Source: Thermostichus sp. DRC_bins_24 (GTDB taxonomy: Bacteria > Cyanobacteriota > Cyanobacteriia > Thermostichales > Thermostichaceae). Taken from it: 17,894 nucleotides of DNA. Positions within the stretch are counted from its first letter, which is position 1. Each line of letters begins with the position of its first letter. Below, one piece after another: positions 6,673-17,795 of this stretch. The translations under genes and the position numbers were made by a program. The notes under the pieces were generated by a model that worked only from the letters and a program-made list of their open reading frames with translations, had not been told where the DNA came from and did not search any database. The stretch is from contig JAUQVK010000102.1 in assembly GCA_039794845.1 (NCBI GenBank), positions 1 through 17,894 of the forward strand. Reading direction: 5' to 3'.

Positions 6673-8940
6673 TTAGCCGAGCGCGGCGAACCGTGCCAGG
6701 AAGAACGCCCAGGTGGTGACGATTCCTCCCAACAGGTAGTGGGCCACACCGACCGCCCGACCCTGAATAATGCTCAGGGCACGGGGTTGAATGGCCGGAG
6801 CCACTTTTAACTTGTTGTGGGCCCAAACAATGGACTCAATCAGCTCCTGCCAGTAGCCGCGACCGCTGAACAGGAACATCAAGCTGAAAGCCCAAACAAA
6901 GTGAGCGCCCAAGAAGAGCAACCCATAGGCCGACAGGGCCGAGCCGTAGGAGTTGATCACCTGTACCGCCTGAGCCCACAGGAAGTCCCGCAGCCAGCCG
7001 TTGATGTTGACCGAACTGGCCGCAAAGTTGCCGCCGGTGATGTGCTCAATCGTGCCGTCGGCGTTGACGGTGCCCCAGATGTCGCTCTGCATTTTCCAGC
7101 TGAAGTGGAAGATGACGATGGAGATGCAGTTGTACATCCAGAACAGGCCGAGGAAGACGTGATCCCAGCCGGAGACTTGGCAGGTGCCACCACGACCGGG
7201 GCCATCGCAGGGGAAGCGGAAGCCCAATTTGCCTTTGTCAGGAATTAAGCGGGAAGAGCGGGCAAACAGCACCCCCTTGAGCAGGATCAACACCGTGATG
7301 TGGATGGTCATGGCGTGGATGTGGTGCACCATGAAGTCGGCTGTGCCCAACACCATTGGCATCATGGAAACCTTGCCACCGATGGCCACAATGTCGCCGC
7401 CGAAAATGGGGCTCACCGAAGCACCGGCGTAGGGAGCCGTGCTGGCAATGGCGTTGGTGTGCAAAGACTGAATCCACTGGGCAAAGATCGGCTGCAGTTG
7501 GATCCCGGTATCCGAGAACATATCCTGCGGACGACCAAAAGCCTGCATGGTGTCGTTGTGGACGTAGAAGCCAAAGGCATGGAAGCCCAAGAACAGACAC
7601 ACCCAGTTCAGGTGGCTGATGATGGCATCCCGATGGCGTAGCACCCGATCCAAAACGTTGTTACGGTTCATGGCGGGGTCGTAATCCCGCACAAAGTAGA
7701 TGGCCCCGTGGGCAGCTCCACCCACCACAAAGAAACCGCCCAACCACATGTGGTGGGTAAATAGAGAAATCTGGGTGGCGTAGTCGATGCCCATGTAGGG
7801 ATAGGGGTTCATCGCGTACATGTGCTGGGCGACGATGATGCTCAGGGATCCCATCAAAGCCAAATTAATAGCCAGTTGGGCGTGCCAAGAGGTGGTGAGC
7901 ACTTCGTACAGACCCTTATGCCCTTCGCCGGTGAAGGGGCCCTTGTGAGCTTCCAGGATCTCCTTCATGGAGTGGCCAATGCCCCAGTTGGTGCGGTACA
8001 TGTGACCGGCCACAATGAAGAGCACGGCAATCGCCAAGTGATGGTGGGCCTGATCCGTAAGCCAGAGGGCACCGTTTTGGGGATCCAAGCCCCCCTTAAA
8101 GGTGAGGAACTCGGCGTACTTGCCCCAGTCTAAGGTAAAGAAGGGCACCACCCCACTGAAGATCCCCCAATCCACAGCGGGGAACATCTCCTTCATCAGA
8201 GCCGGGTTGAGAATGAACTCATGGGGCAGCGGCACTTGGTCAGCCGGCACGCCTGCATCCAACATCTTGTTGATGGGGATAGAAACGTGGATTTGGTGGC
8301 CGGCCCAAGCCAATGAACCCAACCCCAGCAAGCCCGCCAGGTGGTGGTTCATCATGGACTCCACATTCTGGAACCACTCCAACTTGGGGGCCCGTTTGTG
8401 ATAGTGAAACCAACCGGCAAACAGACACAGGCCAGCCATCACCAAACCACCGATAGCGGTGCAGAGGAGTTGAAACTCGTTGGTGATGCCGCCGGCCCGC
8501 CAGAGGTGGAAAAGACCTGAGGTGATGCGGATCCCTTCGAAGCCACCGCCCATATCCCCGTTCAGGATTTCCTGACCAAAGATGGGCCAGACCACTTGGG
8601 CGCTGGGCTTGACGTTGACCGGATCCGCCAACCAAGCGGAATAGTTGGAGAACTGCGCTCCGTGGTAGTACATGCCGCTCAGCCAGACAAAGACCACCGC
8701 CAGGTGGCCAAAGTGAGCGGAAAAGATCTTACGAGAGACGTCTTCTAAGTCGCTGGTGTGACTATCGAAGTCATGAGCAAGAGCATGGAGGTTCCAGATC
8801 CAGGTCGTGGTCTTGGGTCCACGCGACAGGCTGCGATCGAAGTGCCCCGGCTTGGCCCATTTCTCAAAGGAAGTGGGAACCGGATCCACGTCAACCGACA
8901 CCTTGACCTTTGGCTCTCGCTCCTTTGGCGTAGTTGTCAT
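6673..8940 (-). CDS. psaA: Photosystem I P700 chlorophyll a apoprotein A1
   Basis: [36 protein letters not shown] motif [35 protein letters not shown]. Start set at ATG 8940 with SD AGAGGAG (8953-8947); 755 aa. Confidence 0.99.
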   Translation of the reverse strand: MTTTPKEREPKVKVSVDVDPVPTSFEKWAKPGHFDRSLSRGPKTTTWIWNLHALAHDFDSHTSDLEDVSRKIFSAHFGHLAVVFVWLSGMYYHGAQFSNYSAWLADPVNVKPSAQVVWPIFGQEILNGDMGGGFEGIRITSGLFHLWRAGGITNEFQLLCTAIGGLVMAGLCLFAGWFHYHKRAPKLEWFQNVESMMNHHLAGLLGLGSLAWAGHQIHVSIPINKMLDAGVPADQVPLPHEFILNPALMKEMFPAVDWGIFSGVVPFFTLDWGKYAEFLTFKGGLDPQNGALWLTDQAHHHLAIAVLFIVAGHMYRTNWGIGHSMKEILEAHKGPFTGEGHKGLYEVLTTSWHAQLAINLALMGSLSIIVAQHMYAMNPYPYMGIDYATQISLFTHHMWLGGFFVVGGAAHGAIYFVRDYDPAMNRNNVLDRVLRHRDAIISHLNWVCLFLGFHAFGFYVHNDTMQAFGRPQDMFSDTGIQLQPIFAQWIQSLHTNAIASTAPYAGASVSPIFGGDIVAIGGKVSMMPMVLGTADFMVHHIHAMTIHITVLILLKGVLFARSSRLIPDKGKLGFRFPCDGPGRGGTCQVSGWDHVFLGLFWMYNCISIVIFHFSWKMQSDIWGTVNADGTIEHITGGNFAASSVNINGWLRDFLWAQAVQVINSYGSALSAYGLLFLGAHFVWAFSLMFLFSGRGYWQELIESIVWAHNKLKVAPAIQPRALSIIQGRAVGVAHYLLGGIVTTWAFFLARFAALG

Positions 8941-9034
8941 CAAGAACTCCTCTCTTGCGACAAGGAACGAAGCATTCCCGCCCGTCGGCAGCCGTGAAGC
9001 TTGGGGGATTTCCCCAGGGCAGGACTTACAAGGC

Positions 9035-9040
9035 ATTATA
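9035..9040 (-). promoter_or_regulatory. Candidate -10 element of the psaAB promoter
   Basis: Perfect TATAAT on the minus strand about 95 nt upstream of the psaA ATG. A second -10-like TATTGT lies at 9076-9071. No convincing -35 for either. Confidence 0.55.
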
Positions 9041-9141
9041 GGGCAGCGTTTGTGAACCCCCGGATGCTTCACAATAATTAAACCAGGGATCCCTTGCTCT
9101 GTCGGGATTACAGCAGGTTTGGGATCGATTTTTCGATCATA

Positions 9142-9159
9142 CTTGTGAATATATGTAAC
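9142..9159 (-). promoter_or_regulatory. HLR1-like (RpaB-binding) direct repeat upstream of psaA
   Basis: Minus strand reads GTTACATA-TA-TTCACAAG versus HLR1 consensus (G/T)TTACA(T/A)(T/A)-N2-(G/T)TTACA(T/A)(T/A): first half perfect, second with 2 mismatches. RpaB/HLR1 control of PSI genes is established in model cyanobacteria. Confidence 0.6.
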
Positions 9160-9286
9160 AGATTTTCAGCAGATTCGGATGGGATCAACGCCAGAGGTCG
9201 ATTTGGACCATGGATCGAAAGGGATCCCCTGGGCAGGGATTTGTGGTAGAACCCTGGCAGCCCTTTGTACAGAAGCCAGCCATCTC

Positions 9287-11005
<1,719 letters not shown>

Positions 11006-11089
11006 TGCCCTAACCGTCTCCAGCTTGGGAGAGTCATCACCGGGGGCAATCGTAATCGCAGCGTGGAAAGGGAGCAAAGCTTTTGACGT

Positions 11090-13963
11090 CTACTCGTCGG
11101 TAAAGTCGGCCTCCACCACACTCGAGGCACCGCCGGAGTCAGCGCCGGCGGCCACTGCCCGAGCCGGAGCCGACTGCACCACCTGAGGTGGCTGCACAAT
11201 TTGGGGCGTGAAGATGAACAAGTTAAAGACCGTGTTGCGGCGGATGTTGTCCATCATCTCCAGGAACAGCTCGTAGCCCTCGTTTTTGTACTCGATCAGG
11301 GGATCCTTTTGGCCGTAGCCCCGCAGCCCCACCGCTTCCCGCAGCGCTTCCATTTGTTGCAGGTGCTCCCGCCAGAGGGTATCCACCTGTTGCAGCAGGA
11401 AAAACCGCTCCGCCCGCCGCATCAAACCGGGCTCAAAGGTATCTAGGAAAGCCTCCTTGGCCTCGTAGGCAATTTCCGCCTGTTTGGTCAGGTAGTCCAG
11501 AATTTGCTCAGAAGAGAGATCCTGGAGATCCTGGACTTTCAGATTGTCCTTGAGCAACGGCACAAACTCCTGCATTTTGGCAGTAAGCTTATCGATTTCC
11601 CATTCCTCTGGGGGCAGCTCGGGGTTGACATGGGCGCGTACGATCTCAGCAACGGTTTTGCGCACGTACTCAAGAATCTTGGTTTTGATGTCTTCTCCCT
11701 CCAAAACCCGGCGGCGCTCGGAGTAGATGGCCCGCCGCTGATTGTTCATCACCTCGTCATACTCAAACACCTGCTTGCGCATGTCGAAGTAGTAAACTTC
11801 CACTTTCTTTTGAGCGTTCTCCAGGCTGCTGGTGAGCAACGGGTGCTCGATCGGCATATCCTCGTCCACCCGGAACACGTCCATCATCCGGGAGACGCGA
11901 TCTCCACCAAAGATCTTGAGCAGGTTGTCTTCCAGGCTAAGGAAAAAGCGGGAGGAGCCCGGATCCCCTTGGCGTCCGGCCCGACCCCGCAGTTGGTTGT
12001 CAATGCGTCGGGATTCGTGGCGCTCCGTACCGATGACGTGGAGGCCCCCCAGCTTCACCACTTCCTCATGCTCGGCATCGGTGACTTTTTCGTACTCAGC
12101 TTTGATGCTGTTGTACACATCCCGCAGCTGCAGAATCAACGGATCCTGCACCGGCGCTTTTTCTGAGGCCACCGCGATCAGATCCTCCACCGCCAACTCC
12201 GGTAAACGGTTCAGGCCGTACTTGGCCACAGCCGCCGCAACCGCTTCCTCCAGCGCCTGGCTCACTGGCTGAGAAAGCTCACAGGGATATAGGCTGGCCG
12301 AAACCACCGCCCAGGATTTTTTCGGCTTGGGGGCTGCTTCCCCAAACCCTTGGCCCCCGCCGCGTCCGCCGAGCTGCACGGATCCCATCGGGTTATCGGT
12401 ATCCAGTTGGGCCAGCTTGGGCATCAGCCGTTCCCGCACCTTCAGCCGGGCCATGTACTCGGCATTTCCCCCCAGGATGATGTCGGTACCGCGGCCAGCC
12501 ATGTTGGTGGCGATGGTAACAGCCCCTTTGCGTCCGGCTTGGGCGATAATTTCCGACTCCCGCTCCACGTTCTCCGGCTTGGCGTTGAGAAGATTGTGGG
12601 GGATCCCCATCTCCTTGAGGATGGCCGAGAGCCGCTCCGATTTTTCCACACTGGTGGTTCCCACCAGTACCGGACGGCCGCGCTCGTGCATCTGGGCAAT
12701 TTCTTCCGCCACCGCCTGCCACTTGCCGGCTTCGGTTTTGTACACCAAGTCTGGGGCATCTTTGCGGCGAATGGGGCGGTTGGTAGGGATCGCCGTTACC
12801 TCAAGGTTGTAGGTTTTGCCGAACTCCGCTTCTTCGGTGCGGGCCGTCCCCGTCATCCCCGAGAGCTTCGGGTAGAGCAGGAACAGGTTTTGGTAGGTGA
12901 TGGTGGCCAGAGTTTGGCTTTCGTTTTGGATGGGCAGTCCCTCTTTGGCTTCCACCGCTTGGTGCAGGCCATCCGACCAACGGCGACCGGGCATCACCCG
13001 TCCAGTGAACTCGTCCACAATCACCACCTCTTTGCCCCGGATGATGTAGTTGACATCCTTGATGAAGAGTTCTTTGGCCTTCACGGCATTAAAGACAAAG
13101 TGCGCCCAGGGATCCTTGGGATCAAACAGGTCGGAAACCCCCAACAGGCGTTCTGCGGCTTCAAAGCCTTCATCCGTGAGGATGACGTTGCGGGCTTTTT
13201 CATCCACCTCGTAGTGTTCTTCTTTGATCAGCTCCCGCGCCACCTGGGCCGCCCGCATGTACTTCTCCGAAGGGCGAGCCACTTGGCCGGAAATGATCAG
13301 CGGGGTACGGGCTTCATCGATCAGGATTGAGTCCACTTCGTCGATGATGCAGTAATTAAAAGGCCGCTGCATCACCTCTTTGATGTCATTGGCCATGTTG
13401 TCGCGCAGGTAATCGAAGCCCAGCTCACTGTTGGTGCAGTAGGTAACATCACAGTTGTAGTTGCGCCGCTTTTCTTCGGGGGACATGCCCTGCTGAATCA
13501 AGCCCACCGTCAGGCCCAAGAAGCGGTGCACCTGCCCCATCCACTCCGAGTCCCGACGGGCGAGGTAATCGTTGACGGTTACGATGTGAACGCCTTTGCC
13601 GGTGAGACCGTTGAGGTAGGCGGGCAGGGTGGCCACCAGGGTTTTGCCTTCCCCGGTTTTCATTTCGGCGATCTGGCCTTCGTGCAGTACCATCCCACCG
13701 ATCAACTGCACGTCGTAATGCCGCAGATTCAGAACCCGCTTGGCGGCTTCCCGCACCACCGCAAACGCTTCCGGTAACAGCTCATCCAGAGATTCCCCTC
13801 TGTCCAATCGCTCGCGGAACTCGGTGGTTTTGGCCTTCAGCTGTGCATCCGAAAGAGAGGCGATCTCGATCTCCAGCGAGTTGATCAGCTTGAGGGCAGG
13901 ACGGTACTGCCGCACCTTCCGATCGTTGGGATCGCCGAGGATCTTTTGTAGGGTTTGGAGCAT
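11090..13963 (-). CDS. secA: Preprotein translocase ATPase SecA (cyanobacterial/plastid type)
   Basis: [94 protein letters not shown]. Carries the long insertion after GTDIILGG typical of cyanobacteria/plastids; no C-terminal Cys zinc motif. Confidence 0.99.
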   Translation of the reverse strand: MLQTLQKILGDPNDRKVRQYRPALKLINSLEIEIASLSDAQLKAKTTEFRERLDRGESLDELLPEAFAVVREAAKRVLNLRHYDVQLIGGMVLHEGQIAEMKTGEGKTLVATLPAYLNGLTGKGVHIVTVNDYLARRDSEWMGQVHRFLGLTVGLIQQGMSPEEKRRNYNCDVTYCTNSELGFDYLRDNMANDIKEVMQRPFNYCIIDEVDSILIDEARTPLIISGQVARPSEKYMRAAQVARELIKEEHYEVDEKARNVILTDEGFEAAERLLGVSDLFDPKDPWAHFVFNAVKAKELFIKDVNYIIRGKEVVIVDEFTGRVMPGRRWSDGLHQAVEAKEGLPIQNESQTLATITYQNLFLLYPKLSGMTGTARTEEAEFGKTYNLEVTAIPTNRPIRRKDAPDLVYKTEAGKWQAVAEEIAQMHERGRPVLVGTTSVEKSERLSAILKEMGIPHNLLNAKPENVERESEIIAQAGRKGAVTIATNMAGRGTDIILGGNAEYMARLKVRERLMPKLAQLDTDNPMGSVQLGGRGGGQGFGEAAPKPKKSWAVVSASLYPCELSQPVSQALEEAVAAAVAKYGLNRLPELAVEDLIAVASEKAPVQDPLILQLRDVYNSIKAEYEKVTDAEHEEVVKLGGLHVIGTERHESRRIDNQLRGRAGRQGDPGSSRFFLSLEDNLLKIFGGDRVSRMMDVFRVDEDMPIEHPLLTSSLENAQKKVEVYYFDMRKQVFEYDEVMNNQRRAIYSERRRVLEGEDIKTKILEYVRKTVAEIVRAHVNPELPPEEWEIDKLTAKMQEFVPLLKDNLKVQDLQDLSSEQILDYLTKQAEIAYEAKEAFLDTFEPGLMRRAERFFLLQQVDTLWREHLQQMEALREAVGLRGYGQKDPLIEYKNEGYELFLEMMDNIRRNTVFNLFIFTPQIVQPPQVVQSAPARAVAAGADSGGASSVVEADFTDE

Positions 13964-14000
13964 GGGGCAAGCCTGGGCCGATAGGATTGATTATGTGTCG

Positions 14001-14009
14001 ATTTTACCA
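14001..14009 (-). promoter_or_regulatory. Candidate extended -10 promoter for secA
   Basis: Minus strand TG-G-TAAAAT (TGn + TAAAAT), 37 nt upstream of the secA ATG, within the lctP-secA spacer. Confidence 0.55.
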
Positions 14010-14052
14010 TTTTGCCTTGGTCGGCCAGGAAGAGGCTGCCCCGCAAGCATCC

Positions 14053-15717
14053 TTAAACTCGCCCAAAACTCACCCCCAAGCCCAGGATCCCGGCCAACCC
14101 CAGGTAGTAGAGCAGCGGAGCCAACAGCCGCCGCATCAGTAGCCCCTCCCGCCCCAACAGACCCACCGTTGCCGCCGCCGCCACAATGTTCGACACACAA
14201 ATCACATTGCCTGCGGAAGCCCCCACACTCTGAAGGGCGATAATCCAGGCCGTCGGGGCACCGATCTCCTGGGCTACCCCAAATTGGAAGAGAGAAAACA
14301 TCATGTTGCTGACGGTGACGCTGCCCGCCACAAAAGCGCCAATCATTCCCACCACTGGCGCAAAGAGGGGCCACGTTTGACCGGCCAAGGCCGACATCCC
14401 CTGGGCCAACGTTAGGGGCATACTCGCCAGTCCTGCCCCATTCACCTCGGAATTGATGAACACCCGCGCCATCAGTACCGCCGCCCCCAGGGCCAGGGTG
14501 GTTTTCCCCAACAACGGAATGGCCTCTGCTAGGGCACCTTTGAGCTCAGCGGGCTTCATCTCGTGCAAAAAGTAGGTGATCAGCACCACCCCCAAAAACA
14601 GGGTGGCGGGCAGATAAAGGGGTTGGGTGGAAACCGTCAGATCGGTGCCAAACAGGTTTGGCCAACTGAGGCGCACCCGTTGCAACCATCCCCGCAGCGG
14701 CAAGGCTTGCAGCCGAGAGACCACCAGCAATAGCCCCAACAGCAGATAGGGCAGCCACGCCTTCACCACCGTCATGGCAGCCGGGGCCGTGCGCAATTGG
14801 GGCATCAGGGATCCCGTCCATTCCGCGGGCCATTCTCGGGCAAAATCCCAGCTGGTTTTGGGGAGCAGCCATCCCCGCCGCAGGATCCCCACCACCAGAC
14901 CCAACCCCACCAACCCCCCGATCAAAGAAGGAAACTCCGGCCCCAGAAACACGGCGGTGAGGGCATAGGGCAGAGTGAAAGCAACTCCAGCAAAAAGGGC
15001 AAACTTCCACATCGCCAAGCCCTCCTTCCAGGAGGACTGTTCCCCAAAAAAAAGCGTCAGGGTCAACACCAGAATCAGAGGGATGCCACTGCCAATCAGG
15101 GCGTGCAGGATCCCCGCTTGAGCCGCCACCTGGAGCAAAAAGCCCGTAAAAGAGAGATCCTGAGCAGCCAAAGCCACCTCAACCGTCTCGGATCCCCCCA
15201 GCCCCGTCGCTACCCCAAACAGGATCGGGGTGCCCACCGCCCCAAACGTGGAAGGAGTGCTCTGGATGATCAGGGCTGCCATCACCGCCGCCATTGCCGG
15301 GAAGCCAACGGCCACCAACAAGGGCACACAAATCACCGCCGGAGTGCCAAAGCCCGAGGCCCCCTCGATAAAACTGCCAAACAGCCAAGCGATCAAGATC
15401 ACCTGTACCCGACGATCCGCCGAGAGGCCGAGCAGGTTTTGCCGAATCACGCTAATCGCCCCCGAGACTCGCAGCACATTCAGAAGCAAAATCGCCCCAA
15501 ACACGATGTAGAGGATCTCCATCGCAATCACGGATCCCTGCACCAGAGAGGCCGCCACTTGCCCAAACGGCACCTGCCAAATGAGCAACGCCACTACTAA
15601 AGTCACTCCCAACGCTGCCGGCATCGCTTCACTGGCAGGGCGACGACCCACCACCAGCAACAAAAACACCGTAAAAATCGGCAGCAGTGCCACCAGAGAA
15701 TAGACCACCAAAGCCAT
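14053..15717 (-). CDS. lctP: L-lactate/glycolate permease (LctP family)
   Basis: Very hydrophobic 554-aa protein with LctP motifs [67 protein letters not shown] and [12 protein letters not shown]. Confidence 0.92.
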   Translation of the reverse strand: MALVVYSLVALLPIFTVFLLLVVGRRPASEAMPAALGVTLVVALLIWQVPFGQVAASLVQGSVIAMEILYIVFGAILLLNVLRVSGAISVIRQNLLGLSADRRVQVILIAWLFGSFIEGASGFGTPAVICVPLLVAVGFPAMAAVMAALIIQSTPSTFGAVGTPILFGVATGLGGSETVEVALAAQDLSFTGFLLQVAAQAGILHALIGSGIPLILVLTLTLFFGEQSSWKEGLAMWKFALFAGVAFTLPYALTAVFLGPEFPSLIGGLVGLGLVVGILRRGWLLPKTSWDFAREWPAEWTGSLMPQLRTAPAAMTVVKAWLPYLLLGLLLVVSRLQALPLRGWLQRVRLSWPNLFGTDLTVSTQPLYLPATLFLGVVLITYFLHEMKPAELKGALAEAIPLLGKTTLALGAAVLMARVFINSEVNGAGLASMPLTLAQGMSALAGQTWPLFAPVVGMIGAFVAGSVTVSNMMFSLFQFGVAQEIGAPTAWIIALQSVGASAGNVICVSNIVAAAATVGLLGREGLLMRRLLAPLLYYLGLAGILGLGVSFGRV

Positions 15718-15809
15718 TGGAATAGGGGAGTGTGCTTGCGGTTAACAGCGAGAAGATGTCAGTCTAAAGAATCGAAAGGATCCTACTTAACCGTACTCTG
15801 CCAGGGCTC

Positions 15810-16223
15810 ATGAATTTTTTGGGTATTGGACTGCCGGAAATGTTGGTCATCTTTACGGTGGCTCTACTGGTCTTTGGGCCGCGTAAGCTGCCCGAGATCG
15901 GTCGTACCTTGGCCAAAACCCTGCGCAGCTTACAGGACGCATCCAAGGAGTTCGAGACACAGCTCAACAAAGAGGCCCGTGAGCTGGAAAAAGCCACCCG
16001 CGCTGCAACAGCTGCTGCCGCTGCTCCCAAGGCTTCTACCGCAGCCACCAAGGCTCAGCCCAAAACCCAATCGGAGGAGGCCCCGGCGGAAACGCTTCCA
16101 GCCCCCTTGGCAGAGGCAGAGCCGGCTCCCCTGAGTTCGGACTCATCTGCTTCTGATGCAGAACCGGCGGTCGCTGCCGTCCCCGAAGATGTTGCTCCCC
16201 CTCAAGCGGCAGACGCTGCTTGA
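15810..16223 (+). CDS. tatA: Twin-arginine translocase TatA/TatB (TatA/E family) subunit
   Basis: GIGLPEMLVIFTVALLVFGPRKLPEIGRTLAKTLRSLQDASKEFE = TM helix, FGP hinge and amphipathic helix, followed by a long Ala/Pro/acidic tail. TatA versus TatB/Hcf106 cannot be decided by eye. Confidence 0.9.
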   Translation: MNFLGIGLPEMLVIFTVALLVFGPRKLPEIGRTLAKTLRSLQDASKEFETQLNKEARELEKATRAATAAAAAPKASTAATKAQPKTQSEEAPAETLPAPLAEAEPAPLSSDSSASDAEPAVAAVPEDVAPPQAADAA

Positions 16224-16232
16224 CCCACTCCC

Positions 16233-16493
16233 ATGGCCCGCTTCAATCCGCTTTGCTTTGGCATGGAAATTACCCGCATGTTCGAGCAGGGGCAGTCCTA
16301 CTTTGCCCCTTCAAAGGTGGAAACTTGGTTGCGACAGCACGGTCAAAACCCCTCTGATTACGAGATCTCCTTTTCTTCAGAATTGCCCCCCGCCGGCTCC
16401 TCCGCAGTCATGTGGATTTGCGTCGATCTGAAGCGTGTGGATGGCCAGCCGGTGGATCCCTGGTTGTTGGAGGAGCTCAACCGCGTGGACTGA
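16233..16493 (+). CDS. Small hypothetical protein (86 aa), apparently a conserved cyanobacterial family
   Basis: ATG 9 nt after the tat stop codon; host-like codon usage. MARFNP...RMFEQGQS...LKRVDGQPVDPWL resembles cyanobacterial hypothetical proteins as I recall them (not verified). Confidence 0.8.
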   Translation: MARFNPLCFGMEITRMFEQGQSYFAPSKVETWLRQHGQNPSDYEISFSSELPPAGSSAVMWICVDLKRVDGQPVDPWLLEELNRVD

Positions 16494-16608
16494 GAGCTGG
16501 CGTGTACAGAATTGCTCCGGCAAGTTCCCACTTTCTGCCTCCTACTACACTCTCCAAGCAAGAATGGAGTCATCCCAGCCCAACAAAAGGACTGCCAGGA
16601 TCCAGCTC

Positions 16609-17472
16609 ATGCCCTATGACAACCTCTGCAAAGCCCTGGTGGAAGCCAATCCTCTTCCCTTTGTGCAGTGGTTGGTAGGACAAACAACAGAACCCATCCA
16701 AATCCTGAAAACCGAATTGTCCCTCGAACCGGTGCGCGCCGACTTCGTCAGCTTTCTGCAACTCGGGCCTCAAGTTTTGCACTTGGAATTTCAAACGGAT
16801 CCCGACCCGGAGATGCCGTTGCGCATGTTGGACTACTTCGTGCGGCTGCGGCGGCAGTATCGCTGCCCGGTGCTCCAGATCGTGCTGTTTTTGCGCCAGA
16901 GTGGTTCAACGCTGGTGCAACTGGACCACTTTGAAGCAGAGACCACCCGGCATGACTATCGGGTGGTGCGGCTGTGGGAGGAACCGGCTGAGGAGCTTTT
17001 GAGGGATCCGAGTTTGTGGCCTTTGGCAGTGTTGGCCAAGGCGGAGCAGCCTGAGGAGCTGTTGCGGCAAGTGGCGACAGGGATCCAGAACATCTCCAAC
17101 GCCCAGGAGCGGGCCCACTTGGCCACTTACACCTATCTGCTGGGTGGATTACGCTTTAACAAAGAGCTGATGCGGCAGCTGTTGCGGGAGGATGTGATGC
17201 GGGAGTCGGTGACCTATCAGGCATTGGTGGCCGAAAGTGAGCAACGAGGGCTCCTCCGAGGGATCCAAGAGGGTCTCACTCAAGGAATCCAACAGGGGGA
17301 GGCAGAACTGACTTTGCACTTGTTAAGGCGCAAAGTGGGCTCCCTCCCCGAGGCACTGGAAACTCAGATTCGGTCGTTGCCGGTGGAACGTCTGGAAGAG
17401 TTGGGCCTAGCCTTGTTGGAATTCCAGACCTTGGCCGACCTCACCTCCTGGCTGGAGGGAGTCACCCCTTAA
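16609..17472 (+). CDS. Rpn-family (recombination-promoting nuclease/putative transposase) protein with C-terminal DUF4351 domain
   Basis: YDNLCK, KTELSLEPVRAD...LHLEFQTDPDPEMPLRMLDY (D...ExQ variant of the PD-(D/E)xK site), YRVVRLWE, PLAVL, MRESVTYQ, xxxG tetrad repeats, and C-terminal LLRRKVG.LP...IRSL..E.LEELG.ALL.F....DL..WL. Start set at ATG 16609 (AGGA upstream); 287 aa. Confidence 0.9.
   Translation: MPYDNLCKALVEANPLPFVQWLVGQTTEPIQILKTELSLEPVRADFVSFLQLGPQVLHLEFQTDPDPEMPLRMLDYFVRLRRQYRCPVLQIVLFLRQSGSTLVQLDHFEAETTRHDYRVVRLWEEPAEELLRDPSLWPLAVLAKAEQPEELLRQVATGIQNISNAQERAHLATYTYLLGGLRFNKELMRQLLREDVMRESVTYQALVAESEQRGLLRGIQEGLTQGIQQGEAELTLHLLRRKVGSLPEALETQIRSLPVERLEELGLALLEFQTLADLTSWLEGVTP
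17187..17472 (+). other. Internal in-frame ribosome-binding site and start for a possible separately translated 91-aa C-terminal protein (ATG 17197)
   Basis: cgGGAGGatgtgATG: GGAGG at 17187-17191, 5-nt spacer, ATG at 17197 in frame with 16609 (offset 588 = 196 codons). Confidence 0.55.
17239..17298 (+). repeat. Five degenerate 12-nt (4-codon) tandem units encoding EQRG-LLRG-IQEG-LTQG-IQQG
   Basis: gagcaacgaggg ctcctccgaggg atccaagagggt ctcactcaagga atccaacagggg. Confidence 0.7.
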
Positions 17473-17795
17473 ATACTTCTTCTTCTTCAAACTAAGCCTT
17501 GATGTAGCACATCGCCAGAGGCAAATCTAAAGATTGACTCAGTGTGTTGCAGAGCACGTGCAATACATTGAAGTTGGGACTAGGATTGACCCGGGTGAAA
17601 GAGTTCAGATTGTCTCTTGGCCCCGCAGGGTGATGAATGGCCGAGATGGCTGGCTAGGTTGACCCGTCGGGTTTCCTAAATCCTGTGCAGGGTAGATAGC
17701 TCCCTGAGGCGGTGGGGGGAGCGGTTAAATTTCCTGAGTGCTTCTGACTTGCACGTATTGAACAGCTACAACAGAGGCCCATCAAGCTTTTCAAG

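Noticed and set aside
5369..6676. 435-aa + strand ORF opposite psaB, and other antisense ORFs over psaA/psaB
   Set aside because: Shadow frames produced by the codon bias of highly expressed genes; no recognisable motifs.
6673..8940. Far-red (FaRLiP) PSI paralogues
   Set aside because: The sequences look like standard PsaA/PsaB, and no rfp, chlF or paralogous psb/apc genes are in the window.
8941..9072. 44-aa N-terminal extension of PsaA in the ORF track
   Set aside because: The conserved PsaA N-terminus and an SD point to ATG 8940; the extension overlaps promoter elements.
9144..9160. CRP or NtcA site (TGTGA...TAACA)
   Set aside because: The spacer is 7 rather than 6 nt and there is no GTA-N8-TAC; HLR1 fits better.
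9179..9286. 36-aa N-terminal extension of UreC
   Set aside because: UreC homology begins at [10 protein letters not shown] (ATG 9287).
11006..11089. Terminator between convergent ureC and secA
   Set aside because: Only a weak interrupted stem (TGCCC...GGGCA with an inner CTCC/GGAG) and no adjacent U-tract.
12350..13330. 326-aa ORF opposite secA, plus the 233/244-aa ORFs opposite ureC and the 267-aa ORF opposite lctP
   Set aside because: Fully antisense to well-supported genes; typical shadow ORFs in GC-rich DNA.
16435..16608. 58-aa N-terminal extension of the Rpn-like protein
   Set aside because: It overlaps the upstream gene, and the family normally begins at M-x-(Y/F)DN; ATG 16564 is a less likely alternative.
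16609..17472. Insertion sequence call for the Rpn 'putative transposase'
   Set aside because: No terminal inverted repeats or target duplication seen, and the family is not a DDE/HUH transposase.
17570..17640. Cobalamin or c-di-GMP riboswitch resemblance
   Set aside because: Only fragments (GGTGAAA, GCCCCGC, and GGCAAA near 17520) are present; the conserved spacing and B12 box / GEMM core are missing.
17534..17662. 42-aa + strand ORF from TTG (…EVGTRIDPGERVQIVSWPRR…)
   Set aside because: Short, weak start, no SD; only a vague SH3-like impression.
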